DNA of 64,000 bases, taken from positions 6,397 through 70,396 of the forward strand of contig SVFZ01000120.1 in assembly GCA_015056585.1 (NCBI GenBank). Reading direction: 5' to 3'. This stretch comes from Butyrivibrio sp. GTDB taxonomy: Bacteria; Bacillota; Clostridia; Lachnospirales; Lachnospiraceae. Positions within the stretch are counted from its first letter, which is position 1, and the number at the start of each line of letters is the position of its first letter. This document shows, piece after piece, positions 1 to 9,612 of this stretch. The translations under genes were made by a program, and so were the position numbers. The notes under the pieces were generated by a model. That model did not search any database. It saw only the letters and a list, made by a program, of their open reading frames with translations, and was not told the origin of the DNA.

Positions 1-276
1 TCCATTGACCTGAGCTAGAAATTTTCCTTTAAATTCATCGGGAATTGTCAGTGTGAAAAGATCTGTTGAAAGAACTGTGTCCTCGGTATACTCTGCATTT
101 TCTTCGCTGAGATCTTCCAAAGAAGTTTCTGTGCTGCTTTCGGAAGTTTCCTGAGCGCTTTCTGTGCTCTGCGTGCTTTCAGGCTGTTCTTCACTGCCGG
201 ATACATCTGCCTTTGAACCACAGGCTGTAAGTGCAAGAGCTGTTCCTAAAATAAGTAATGCTGCTTTCTTTTTCAT
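1..276 (-). CDS. Lipoprotein of unknown function (runs off the window's left edge; missed by the ORF track, which gave another frame)
   Basis: ATG at 276 behind GAGGAGG; translates open to base 1 as MKKKAALLILGTALALTAC-GSK with lipobox LTAC and an S/T/E-rich linker. Confidence 0.85.
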   Translation of the reverse strand, partial: MKKKAALLILGTALALTACGSKADVSGSEEQPESTQSTESAQETSESSTETSLEDLSEENAEYTEDTVLSTDLFTLTIPDEFKGKFLAQVNG

Positions 277-345
277 AATATTCCTCCTCATATTTGTTCC
301 GGTGAATTTCCCGGAACCACTGTCATGATTGTTTGTTATACAGAC

Positions 346-379
346 ATGATACAAGCTGTATTGTCACAAAACTGTCACA
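346..379 (-). promoter_or_regulatory. Activator-type promoter: TGTGACA-GTTT-TGTGACA direct repeat, 10 nt, then -10 TATCAT
   Basis: 11-bp-period heptamer repeat at 379-362 in place of the -35; same architecture at 49083-49116. Confidence 0.6.
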
Positions 380-438
380 TTAAATATTATAATCGATTAA
401 TCGTTACTGTGCAGACAGAAAATGAGGAAGGCTTTACA

Positions 439-467
439 TTGACACGGGTACAAGCATTTTGTAAAAT
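439..467 (+). promoter_or_regulatory. Sigma-A type promoter upstream of TetR gene
   Basis: TTGACA-17 nt-TAAAAT. Confidence 0.6.
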
Positions 468-537
468 AATAACGCATGGTTTTATTGCAGATCAGGCACG
501 ATGAATTTTTTAACGATAATAATGTTGGAGGAATGAG

Positions 538-1092
538 ATGTCCAGAAAAGCGACTATTACTCAGAAAGAAATTGTAAATGCAGCATTTAAGATAACCAAA
601 AAAGAGGGCTTTGAGCAGATAACATCAAGGAAGCTTGCAGCTGCAGCAGGCTGTTCTACTCAGCCTATTTTCCGTATTTATGAAAATATGGATGGCCTTA
701 AGAAGGATGTTTACGAGAAGGCAGCAGCTTATTATGAGGATTATTACAATGATTTTGCCAAGACACATGATGTGCCTTTTGTTGATCTTGGCCTTGCATA
801 CATCGGCTTTGCCCAGAAATATCCTCATCTTTTCAGACTTCTTTTTGTCTCTGCGAACGGACCTGAGTCCAAGACTATGTACGATCTTGTAAACGGTGCG
901 AATGAGAATGTGGTAAAAGAGATCAATAAGGCTGCAGCCAAGGGCGCAAAGGACGCTCAGCAGCTCTTTATGCAGATGTGGATCTTTATCCATGGTGCCG
1001 GATGCATGGCGGTTACCGGTGATTATGATCTGGACGAGGCTGCATCTGTAGCTTTGCTGGAGTCTGCATACAAGGCTTTCTGCGGTTGCTGA
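538..1092 (+). CDS. TetR/AcrR family transcriptional regulator
   Basis: N-terminal HTH (IVNAAFKIT..GFEQITSRKLAAAAGCSTQPIF); GGAGG RBS. Confidence 0.9.
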   Translation: MSRKATITQKEIVNAAFKITKKEGFEQITSRKLAAAAGCSTQPIFRIYENMDGLKKDVYEKAAAYYEDYYNDFAKTHDVPFVDLGLAYIGFAQKYPHLFRLLFVSANGPESKTMYDLVNGANENVVKEINKAAAKGAKDAQQLFMQMWIFIHGAGCMAVTGDYDLDEAASVALLESAYKAFCGC

Positions 1093-1166
1093 TATTTCGT
1101 GTGAAAATGCTGCAAGACTTATCATAACAGACAAGAACTTGCGGATGATGTTGATTTGGGGGCGAG

Positions 1167-2123
1167 ATGAAGTTTGATGAGGGTGTGGATGTAATTACCA
1201 GAATAAATGAGTGCTACGCAAGGATGAGCAAGGGCAAGAAGTCAATTGCCATGTACATTTGCGATCACTACGAGCAGGCTGTTTTTATGACAGCAGCTGA
1301 ACTGGGGAAAATAGTCGGAATGAGCGAATCCACTGTGGTGCGCTTTGCCATGAGTCTTGGGTACGATGGCTATCCGGCCTTTCAGAAAGCCCTTTCCGTC
1401 TGGGTTTCCGATAAGTTTGGCTCTGTTGAAAAAATTGGCCGCAAATTCGGTAAGAGCAGCGAAGGAGAGATCCTTTCCGCAATCCTTCAGTCCGATATGT
1501 CAAACATTCAGCATACCATAAACAGCATTGATGTGGCGGCATTTAAAACAGCGGTTGATATTATTTTAAAGGCCAGAACGGTATATATCGTGGGGCTCAG
1601 ATCCTGCGCTCCGCTGGCAGATTTTTTACATTTTTATCTTAATATTATCAGGGGCAACAACGTTCTGATAAGAACCACCAGCGTCAGCGAGATGTTCGAG
1701 CAGATGATAAGGATAAGCGACAGGGATGCGATCATCGGCATCAGCTTTCCCAGATACTCCATGAGAACTTTAAAGTGCATGGAGTTTGCCAACGACAGGA
1801 ATGCCAAGGTGATCACAATTACAGATTCCGTACATTCGCCCATGAACCTTTACTCATCCTGTAACCTCCTTGCCAAAAGTGAGATGGCATCTATTGTGGA
1901 TTCACTGGTTGCGCCTCTCAGTGTTATAAATGCACTGGTCGTTGCGCTGTGTATGAAGCGGCCGGCGGACGTAAAGGCTGATCTTAAGATGCTTGAGGAA
2001 ACCTGGAACAATTACCAGGTATATCTTAATGATGAGATTGATTTTGCATCAGATGCTCCGATGATCGGATATCCGCTGGCAGGTAAGAACAAGTCAAAAG
2101 ACGAAGAGAAACAATATGAGTAA
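1167..2123 (+). CDS. MurR/RpiR family transcriptional regulator (HTH + SIS)
   Basis: MTAAELGKIVGMSESTVVRFAMSLGYDGY HTH; SIS motifs GLRS, ISFPRYS, ITDS. Confidence 0.92.
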   Translation: MKFDEGVDVITRINECYARMSKGKKSIAMYICDHYEQAVFMTAAELGKIVGMSESTVVRFAMSLGYDGYPAFQKALSVWVSDKFGSVEKIGRKFGKSSEGEILSAILQSDMSNIQHTINSIDVAAFKTAVDIILKARTVYIVGLRSCAPLADFLHFYLNIIRGNNVLIRTTSVSEMFEQMIRISDRDAIIGISFPRYSMRTLKCMEFANDRNAKVITITDSVHSPMNLYSSCNLLAKSEMASIVDSLVAPLSVINALVVALCMKRPADVKADLKMLEETWNNYQVYLNDEIDFASDAPMIGYPLAGKNKSKDEEKQYE

Positions 2124-3456
2124 TAAAATAGCAGTTATCGGCTGCGGTGCAGCCGGAATGATGGCGGCGCTGTCTGCTGCAGAGTGCGGCGGAAGCGTCA
2201 CTATTTTTGAGAAAAATGAGAAGCCGGGAAAAAAGATCTTTATCACCGGAAAAGGCAGATGTAATGTGACAAATGCCTGTGCGGTAGAAGACTTTTTTGG
2301 CTATGTAAAAAGAAATCCCAGATTTCTGTACAGTGCAGTGTATTCCTTTGACAACACTGCAGTGATGGATTTTTTTGAAAATAACGGGTGCCATTTGAAG
2401 ACTGAGCGCGGAGACAGGGTTTTTCCTGTGTCTGACCACTCTTCCGACATCATTAACACCTTGTACCGTGCAGTTCAAAAAGCCGGAGTAAATATTCAGC
2501 TTGGGGCGACTGTTCACTCTGTTGAGGCGAAAGACGGGAGCGTAAGCGCAATTACCTACAGCAGCGCCGGTGACGAAGCCGGTGATCCGCTGACCAGGGA
2601 AGAGTTTGACAGCGTCATTGTCTGTACCGGCGGTCTGTCCTATCCGTCCACAGGTTCCACAGGTGATGGATATCTTTTTGCAAAAGAGCTTGGACACAGT
2701 GTGGTTGCTGCCAGCCCGTCGCTTGTACCCTTTGAAGTATCGGAACCCTGGGTAAAAGAGCTGCAGGGCTTGTCGCTGCGCAACGTGGGGCTGAAACTCT
2801 TTCTTGAGAAGGAAAACGGTAACGGTAAAACAGCGGCAGCTGAAGGCTCTCATTCTGCCGGAGATGGAAAAGCCAGCGGGAAAGGGGCCGACAAGAAGTC
2901 AAAGCCCGTATATGACGGCTTTGGTGAGATGCTCTTTACCCACTTTGGAGTCAGTGGGCCACTTGTTCTTACAGCCAGTTGTTTTTATGAAAAAGACAAG
3001 GCGGCGCATCTTCTACTTGATTTAAAGCCTGCCCTTTCAGAGGAGCAGCTTGACAAGAGAGTTCTTCGGGATTTTGAAGAGGGACTTAACAAGCAGTTTA
3101 AGAATATTTTGGGAGGTCTTTTCCCAAGTAAGCTTATTCCTGTTATGATAAAGCTCTCGGGGATCGATCCGGAAAAACCTGTTAATGAGATCACAAGAGA
3201 AGAGAGGCTTTCATTTGTAAAGCTGATAAAGAATGTTCCAATGACCGTCACTGGCACCAGAAACTTTAATGAAGCCATCATCACCAGAGGCGGCGTCAGC
3301 GTAAAAAAAGTCAACCCTTCCACAATGGAGTCCAAGCTTGTAAAGGGGCTTTTCTTTGCGGGAGAGGTCTTAGATCTTGATGCTGAGACCGGAGGCTTTA
3401 ACCTTCAGATTGCCTGGTCCACCGGGCACCTGGCCGGTGAGAGTGCAGCTGAGTAG
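2116..3456 (+). CDS. HI0933/YhiN family NAD(P)/FAD-dependent oxidoreductase
   Basis: GCGAAGM, GKKIFITGKGRCNVTN, TGGLSYPSTGSTGDG, GEVLDLDAETGGFNLQIAWSTG. Confidence 0.93.
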   Translation: MSNKIAVIGCGAAGMMAALSAAECGGSVTIFEKNEKPGKKIFITGKGRCNVTNACAVEDFFGYVKRNPRFLYSAVYSFDNTAVMDFFENNGCHLKTERGDRVFPVSDHSSDIINTLYRAVQKAGVNIQLGATVHSVEAKDGSVSAITYSSAGDEAGDPLTREEFDSVIVCTGGLSYPSTGSTGDGYLFAKELGHSVVAASPSLVPFEVSEPWVKELQGLSLRNVGLKLFLEKENGNGKTAAAEGSHSAGDGKASGKGADKKSKPVYDGFGEMLFTHFGVSGPLVLTASCFYEKDKAAHLLLDLKPALSEEQLDKRVLRDFEEGLNKQFKNILGGLFPSKLIPVMIKLSGIDPEKPVNEITREERLSFVKLIKNVPMTVTGTRNFNEAIITRGGVSVKKVNPSTMESKLVKGLFFAGEVLDLDAETGGFNLQIAWSTGHLAGESAAE

Positions 3457-3478
3457 ATTATTTTTTAGGAGAAATGAC

Positions 3479-4159
3479 ATGAGTAAGAAAATTGCAATTG
3501 ATGGACCTGCAGGGGCAGGAAAAAGTACTATAGCGAAAATTGTGGCTAAGGAGCTGGGATTTATATATGTGGACACGGGTGCGATGTACCGTGCGATGGC
3601 TCTTTACATGATAAACAACAATATTGATGCAAGTGATTCTGAGAAGATCAGCGCCACATGCCAGAGCGCTGATATTACGATCAGACATGAAGGCGGCGTT
3701 CAGAGAGTTTATCTGAACGGAGAAGATGTATCCGAACTTGTAAGAAAAGAAGAAGTCGGCAAAATGGCATCAGCCAGCAGCGTCAACGGTGATGTCCGCA
3801 AAAAACTTGTGGAGCTTCAGCAGAAGCTTGCACAGACAACCGATGTTGTAATGGACGGACGTGATATCGGAACTGTAGTGCTGCCGGATGCAGACCTTAA
3901 GGTGTTCCTTACCGCCAGCTCAAGAGTAAGAGCCGAGAGAAGATACAAAGAACTTACGGAAAAAGGAGAAATATGCGATATTGATGCTATCGAGAAGGAT
4001 ATTATCGATCGCGACTACAGGGACAGTCACAGGGAAATCTCTCCTTTAAAACAGGCAGAGGACGCGGTACTTGTAGATACTTCAGACATGACAATCGATG
4101 AAGTAGCCGGGAAGATTGTTGATCTGTACAATAATGTGGGCGCCAAGAGCTCCTTTTGA
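3479..4159 (+). CDS. cmk: Cytidylate kinase
   Basis: IAIDGPAGAGKST, DTGAMYR, VMDGRDIGTVV, RDYRDSHR; start moved to ATG 3479 after AGGAG. Confidence 0.96.
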   Translation: MSKKIAIDGPAGAGKSTIAKIVAKELGFIYVDTGAMYRAMALYMINNNIDASDSEKISATCQSADITIRHEGGVQRVYLNGEDVSELVRKEEVGKMASASSVNGDVRKKLVELQQKLAQTTDVVMDGRDIGTVVLPDADLKVFLTASSRVRAERRYKELTEKGEICDIDAIEKDIIDRDYRDSHREISPLKQAEDAVLVDTSDMTIDEVAGKIVDLYNNVGAKSSF

Positions 4160-4207
4160 TGCTATCCTTATGTAAATCCGTTTACAATGTACAGGAGATT
4201 TTAAATA

Positions 4208-5227
4208 ATGGAAGTAATAGTAGCTGAACACGCAGGTTTTTGCTTTGGCGTAACAAAAGCAGTGGAAACTGTATACGAACAGATAAATGCCGGCAAGACT
4301 TTGAATATTTATACATTTGGACCCATTATCCATAACGAGACCGTTGTCTCAGATCTGGAAAAAAGGGGTGTAAAAGTCATAAATGATATCGAAGACCTGA
4401 AAAAAATAAGTGAAGATCTGAATGGACGAGCTGAGAATCCCGGAGAAATACAAAAGACTACTGATGGGAAAGTGGAAAATGAAAAATCTGACAATTCTAT
4501 GGAAATGGCAGAAAAAATGGTGCAAATGGGGGAAAATGTCTCAGGATTAACCAAAGCTCCAAACAGCGCAGATTCAAAGGGTATAATCGTCATCAGATCA
4601 CACGGGGTTACCAGGGATGTACAGGCTGAGCTGGAAAAATCGGGACTTACGGTCATTGATGCTACCTGTCCTTTTGTAAAAAGAATACACAAGGTAGTAG
4701 ATACCGAGAGTTCAAGCGGTAAAAGGATCATTGTTGTTGGCAGCGCCAATCATCCGGAGGTTCAAGGCATCGTCAGTTATGCAAATGGGCCTGTCTATGT
4801 TATTGAAAGTCCTGAAGAAGCTGAAAAATTCAGCGAAAATAAGGATTTGGATTACACATTGGTGTCCCAGACTACATTTAACAAGAAGAAATTTCAAGAA
4901 ACCGTTGAAATCTTCAAAAATAACAGTTACAATATTAATGTTGTGAATACCATATGTAACGCAACTGATGAACGTCAGACAGAGGCTGAAGAAATTGCAA
5001 GGAAAGCAGATGTTATGATAGTCATCGGAGGCGCTAGCAGTTCGAATTCGAGGAAACTATACGACATTTGTTCGAAAGAGTGCGACAATACATATTTTAT
5101 TCAGACATTGGATGATTTGCATTTAAATTTACATGATGATGTAAAAATAGTGGGAATCACCGCAGGGGCATCGACCCCAAAGAACATTATTGAGGAGGTT
5201 CAGAATTATGTCAGAACAAACTTTTGA
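4208..5227 (+). CDS. ispH: 4-hydroxy-3-methylbut-2-enyl diphosphate reductase (with ~50 aa insertion)
   Basis: GFCFGV, GPIIHN, IRSHG, DATCPFV, NTICNAT, SSNS, ITAGASTP. Confidence 0.95.
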   Translation: MEVIVAEHAGFCFGVTKAVETVYEQINAGKTLNIYTFGPIIHNETVVSDLEKRGVKVINDIEDLKKISEDLNGRAENPGEIQKTTDGKVENEKSDNSMEMAEKMVQMGENVSGLTKAPNSADSKGIIVIRSHGVTRDVQAELEKSGLTVIDATCPFVKRIHKVVDTESSSGKRIIVVGSANHPEVQGIVSYANGPVYVIESPEEAEKFSENKDLDYTLVSQTTFNKKKFQETVEIFKNNSYNINVVNTICNATDERQTEAEEIARKADVMIVIGGASSSNSRKLYDICSKECDNTYFIQTLDDLHLNLHDDVKIVGITAGASTPKNIIEEVQNYVRTNF

Positions 5228-6353
5228 ACAGATGCTTAACGAGTCGTTCAAAACAATTCACACAGGGGAGGTTGTTGAGGGAACGGTCATCGATGTTAAG
5301 CCTGACGAGATAATCCTTAACATTGGATACAAGTCCGATGGTGTTCTCACTAAGAGCGAATACAGCAATGATAACAGCATTGATCTCACAACCGCCGTTA
5401 AAGTTGGCGATACTATGGATGTTAAGGTCCTTAAGACCAACGACGCTGACGGACAGGTTATTCTTTCATACAAGAGACTTGCTATCGATAGAGGCAACAA
5501 GAGAATTGAAGAAGCCTTCAACAACAAAGAGGTTCTTACAGCCAAGGTTGTACAGGTACTTGAGGGCGGTCTTACAGTAGTTGTTGATGAAGTCAGAATC
5601 TTCATTCCTGCAAGCCTTGTATCAGACAGCTATGAGAAGGATCTTTCCAAGTATCAGGATCAGGAGATCCAGTTCGTTGTAACTGAGTACAATCCTAAGA
5701 GAAGAAGATATATCGGTAACAGAAAGATGCTCGTTTCAGCTGAGAAGGCTGAGCAGGCTAAGAAGCTCTTTGATACAATCAAGGCCGGAGATGTTGTTGA
5801 CGGAACAGTCAAGAATGTTACAGACTTTGGTGCATTCATTGATCTTGGCGGTGCAGACGGACTTCTTCATATTTCAGAGATGAGCTGGGGCCGTGTTGAG
5901 AGTCCTAAGAAGGTCTTCAAGATTGGCGATACAGTTAAGGTCCTTGTTAAGTCTATTGACGGCAACAAGATTGCTCTTTCAAGAAAATTCGATGATGAGA
6001 ATCCTTGGAAGGATGCAACTTCTAAGTATGCAGTAGGCAACATTGTTAAGGGAAAGGTTGCCAGAATGACAGACTTTGGTGCATTCATCGAGCTTGAGCC
6101 CGGTATTGACGCACTTCTTCATGTTTCACAGATTGCAAAAGAGCATGTTGAGAAGCCTGCAGATGTACTTAAGGTAGGTCAGGAAGTAGAAGCTAAGATC
6201 GTTGATTTCAACGAGGACGAGAAGAAGATTTCTCTTTCAATCAAGGCTATGTTTGCTCCTGAGAAGGAAGAGGCTCCTGCAGAGGAAGGCGATGTTGTAT
6301 CAGTAGATATCGACAAGGTTATCGCAGAGCAGGAAGAGAATCCTGAGGCATAA
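5208..6353 (+). CDS. rpsA: 30S ribosomal protein S1 (four S1 domains)
   Basis: Repeated S1 motifs (TDFGAFIDLGG.DGLLHISE; TDFGAFIELEPGIDALLHVSQ); ATG 5208 after GAGGAGG. Confidence 0.95.
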   Translation: MSEQTFEQMLNESFKTIHTGEVVEGTVIDVKPDEIILNIGYKSDGVLTKSEYSNDNSIDLTTAVKVGDTMDVKVLKTNDADGQVILSYKRLAIDRGNKRIEEAFNNKEVLTAKVVQVLEGGLTVVVDEVRIFIPASLVSDSYEKDLSKYQDQEIQFVVTEYNPKRRRYIGNRKMLVSAEKAEQAKKLFDTIKAGDVVDGTVKNVTDFGAFIDLGGADGLLHISEMSWGRVESPKKVFKIGDTVKVLVKSIDGNKIALSRKFDDENPWKDATSKYAVGNIVKGKVARMTDFGAFIELEPGIDALLHVSQIAKEHVEKPADVLKVGQEVEAKIVDFNEDEKKISLSIKAMFAPEKEEAPAEEGDVVSVDIDKVIAEQEENPEA

Positions 6354-6385
6354 TAGCAAGCAATAACAGAACATATTGAATTTAT

Positions 6386-6420
6386 AAACCGGTGGAATAA
6401 ATATACATTTCACCGGTTTT
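6386..6420 (+). terminator. Intrinsic terminator after rpsA
   Basis: AAACCGGTG...CACCGGTTT stem followed by T residues. Confidence 0.7.
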
Positions 6421-6446
6421 GCTATCTGATGGTTGGAGTTAATGGA

Positions 6447-8114
6447 ATGGGTCAATACTTGAATCCTGGTAAACAGAATTATTTGATGGCGGTAAACTCT
6501 GATATCTTTATTGATAAATCAGAAATGATCAGCTTTCTTAATAGCGTAGTTAAGACACAACAACGCTACGTCAGTGTTTCACGCCCTCGCAGATTTGGCA
6601 AAACAATGGCTGCTGACATGGTATGCGCTTATTATGGCAGGGGAGCTGACAGCAGAGCTTTATTCGAAACACTAAAACTGTCGCAAATTAAATCCGAGAC
6701 CGAAAAGCTTGCATGGGACAAATACTTAGGTGAGTTCGATGTTATCAGAGTTGTCATGACTGACTTTTTTAAGAAGAATATTTCTTCTGACAGTGCCTTA
6801 CAGAAATTGCAACAGCTTGTTGCTCGTGAGATTGTAAAAGAGTACCCGAACGCAGACTATTTCGATGAAAAAGATCTGATTCAGACCATTGCTGATGCAT
6901 ACACCGACAATCCAAGACAGCTTGTTTTTGTTATAGATGAATGGGATGCGATTTTCAGAGAGAGTAAGGATGATAAGGACGGACAAATAAGGTATCTGGA
7001 TTTCTTGCGTGATCTTTTAAAAGATAAAAGCTATATTGCGCTTGCTTACATGACAGGTATATTGCCTATTAAGAAATATGGCAAGCATTCTGCGCTCAAT
7101 ATGTTTGATGAGTATTCTATGATTTCGCCTATGCAGCTTGCAAGGTATACTGGCTTTACTGACGACGAAGTTAGAGAATTGTGCAATGAATACGGACGTG
7201 ATTTCGATACGCTAAAGGAATGGTATGATGGGTATGAAGTGAGTGATATTATTCCTCCAGATCCAAATTATGAACATCAAGAAAAAACCGGAATGGAAAA
7301 AGAGGCTAAGCATTATTCTATCTATAGCCCGCTATCTGTTCTTAAAGCTGTGAAAACAGGGTATATACAGAATTACTGGAATAAAACAGAATCCTATGAA
7401 GCTCTTGCAAAGTATATTAATATGAATTACTCCGGGCTTAAAGATGTTGTGGCCCTCATGATGGATGGAGGTAGCGTAAAGGTCAATACATCTACATACC
7501 AGAATGATATGACATCGTTTGCATCAAAAAATGATGTGCTATCACTTTTGATTAACCTTGGATATCTTAGATATGATTTTGAGACCATGGAAGCATCTAT
7601 TCCCAATAAAGAGATTCTTGATGAGTTTAGGACATCAACGCAAACAGAGGATTGGACAGAAGTATTTAAAGCTTTTACAGTTTCAGAGAAGTTGCTCAAC
7701 GCCACTTGGGCAAAAGATGCTGATAAAGTAGCAGAGCTAATAGAGGATGCTCATAATCTTGCAGGTAACAGAACCTACAACGACGAGGCGGCACTAAGCT
7801 ACGCTGTTCAGTATGCATATTATGCTGCTCAGAAGTACTATACTACTATTCTGGAACTTGATACTGGCAAAGGTTATGCGGATATAGTATTTATCCCATC
7901 TCCCAAACACTTCGACAAGCCTGCCATGGTCGTAGAGCTTAAGTACAATAAAGATGCAAGCACAGCACTTAATCAGATCAGACAGCAGAAATATCCGGCT
8001 AAACTGGAGCATTACAAGGGTAATATTCTTCTCGTCGGCATCAACTACGACAAGGACGCTGCAAGCACAGATCCTGATTTCAAGCATCATACTTGCGTTA
8101 TAGAAACAGCATAA
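6447..8114 (+). CDS. AAA-ATPase-like protein with C-terminal PD-(D/E)XK nuclease domain
   Basis: RPRRFGKT Walker A, FVIDEWD Walker B, C-terminal GYADIVF...VELKYN...ALNQI...Y. Confidence 0.85.
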   Translation: MGQYLNPGKQNYLMAVNSDIFIDKSEMISFLNSVVKTQQRYVSVSRPRRFGKTMAADMVCAYYGRGADSRALFETLKLSQIKSETEKLAWDKYLGEFDVIRVVMTDFFKKNISSDSALQKLQQLVAREIVKEYPNADYFDEKDLIQTIADAYTDNPRQLVFVIDEWDAIFRESKDDKDGQIRYLDFLRDLLKDKSYIALAYMTGILPIKKYGKHSALNMFDEYSMISPMQLARYTGFTDDEVRELCNEYGRDFDTLKEWYDGYEVSDIIPPDPNYEHQEKTGMEKEAKHYSIYSPLSVLKAVKTGYIQNYWNKTESYEALAKYINMNYSGLKDVVALMMDGGSVKVNTSTYQNDMTSFASKNDVLSLLINLGYLRYDFETMEASIPNKEILDEFRTSTQTEDWTEVFKAFTVSEKLLNATWAKDADKVAELIEDAHNLAGNRTYNDEAALSYAVQYAYYAAQKYYTTILELDTGKGYADIVFIPSPKHFDKPAMVVELKYNKDASTALNQIRQQKYPAKLEHYKGNILLVGINYDKDAASTDPDFKHHTCVIETA

Positions 8115-8123
8115 AGACATTAG

Positions 8124-8162
8124 CATCCCACTTGCACCTACTACGGTAAGTGGGATGTTTGT
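8124..8162 (+). terminator. Intrinsic terminator
   Basis: CATCCCACTT / AAGTGGGATG stem then TTTGT. Confidence 0.65.
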
Positions 8163-8255
8163 ATTAATGAGCATCACGAAATCTTTAACTACGAATTAAA
8201 TGACAACTTATCTGAGCCGCTGTACAATATTACAGTAAGGGTGGGGCAAAATAGA

Positions 8256-8663
8256 ATGAGCGACATCAACTTTGAATTTGAAAATATCAGGATTGATTTT
8301 GAAGCTACCTGCAGATTACTTTCCTGCTATATAAAGGCTAGCGGCTACACGGATAAAGAACTCGCGATGGTGCTTGGCACTACAGTTCAGTCAGTGAACA
8401 AATGGCGCCATGCTCATAACCTTCCGGATATAGATAATCTGTATGCTCTTAGCAGAATGTTTGGGATAGGATTGGATGATCTGATTTTGCCAAATGTTGA
8501 TAGATACACTACAAAGCGAACCTTTTGCAATATCAGACATTATGCTGCGTTAATCAGATGTTTAATACAGACAAAACAAGGCAAGCAAAATTTACATGAC
8601 GGGATTCCCGTTTGTGAGATCAGATACAATGGAGTGGATGGCATCGACTTGGCTATCTGTTAA
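8256..8663 (+). CDS. XRE-family HTH protein
   Basis: GYTDKELAMVLGTTVQSVNKWRHAHNLPDIDNLYALSRMF; possible promoter ATGACA-17-TACAAT upstream. Confidence 0.75.
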   Translation: MSDINFEFENIRIDFEATCRLLSCYIKASGYTDKELAMVLGTTVQSVNKWRHAHNLPDIDNLYALSRMFGIGLDDLILPNVDRYTTKRTFCNIRHYAALIRCLIQTKQGKQNLHDGIPVCEIRYNGVDGIDLAIC

Positions 8664-8966
8664 CAGAGCAAGCCTTGCGTGCAGATCAGTGAGCTTATCC
8701 TTATCACTATTGGAAAAAGAGCTGAGAAATTCCCTGGGCTCTACGCCAAGATAGTCACAGATAGAAAAGAACTCCTTAAGAGATGGAAAAGACTTTCCAT
8801 TTTCAATACTATTGATATAACCATAATTCTTATCAAGGGAAACACTCATTTCTCTGGCTGAGACATTCTTACTGGTCCTAAGAACTGTGAGTCTTGAGGA
8901 AAACTCTTTGAGATATCTCTGAACATTTTCATTCTCAAATTCTTCCTCGATTTTTCTCTTAGCCAT
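8592..8966 (-). CDS. XRE-family HTH regulator
   Basis: VSAREMSVSLDKNYGYINSIENGKSFPSLKEFFSICDYLGV. Confidence 0.85.
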   Translation of the reverse strand: MAKRKIEEEFENENVQRYLKEFSSRLTVLRTSKNVSAREMSVSLDKNYGYINSIENGKSFPSLKEFFSICDYLGVEPREFLSSFSNSDKDKLTDLHARLALLTDSQVDAIHSIVSDLTNGNPVM

Positions 8967-9128
8967 AAATAAGTGTTCCTCTGGATTCTCATAGATTTAT
9001 GCGTAACTACGCACACATCTCAATTTTAATAAAATCCAAAGAAATAAGCGGAAGATATTATCGGATATCGCCGCATAAATATCATATAAAATCTGTTTGG
9101 ACTAAAATACAGGATGATTATCCTAAAG

Positions 9129-9161
9129 AAAGCGGTCTGCCTCTGATTTGGCAGACCGCTT
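9129..9161. repeat. GCGGTCTGC(C)...GCAGACCGC palindrome, copy 1 (terminator-like on minus strand)
   Basis: AAGCGGTCTGCC / GGCAGACCGCTT stem; related copies at 20308-20335 and 24880-24914. Confidence 0.7.
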
Positions 9162-9183
9162 GTCGTTGTACTCGGTTTGGGGA

Positions 9184-9219
9184 TGGGCTGTTTTCTTAAG
9201 AATTAAACGGATTTGCGAA
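9184..9219 (+). repeat. ~36 bp imperfect direct repeat, copy 1
   Basis: TGGGCTGTTTTCTTAAGAATTAAACGGATTTGCGAA vs TGGGC-GTTTTCTTAAGAATTTAACGGTATTGCGTA at 21336-21370 (about 31/36 identical). Confidence 0.65.
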
Positions 9220-9612
9220 TAGCTGCAAATCATAATCTCTCAATTTCTCTGAGTCTGATCATATTTCCACAAATCGATAATACTCACGATTTCCCAATTA
9301 TTCCCATTACGATACAAATGCAACATTTACAAAACGATAATATACTTTCAATATCGTAAAATAAGTGATACAATTTTATTATCGCGATATTTAAAGTAGA
9401 ATATCACATTTAAAACGATACTTGTACTAGCAAAAGCCAATGCGAGTATTTACCACAGTATTGTTGAGGGGAACCGCATTTATGAGTATCATGAATGACC
9501 GATGTACCACGATACTCATTGCAAATATATTCTTGCGCCTGTTCAGGCGACCAGTTCCTCTATGAAACATTTTTGTTTATAGGAACAACTATCATTTGGA
9601 GCAGCATAGATA

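Noticed and set aside
48-236. 62-aa ORF from the track
   Set aside because: Wrong frame; the RBS-led lipoprotein ORF 276->1 explains the region
4208-6353. Frameshifted IspH-S1 fusion
   Set aside because: rpsA has its own strong RBS and start; separate overlapping genes are the simpler reading
9430-9560. c-di-GMP-I riboswitch
   Set aside because: Only a GCAAAAGCC-like word; the P1/P2 and GNRA architecture is absent
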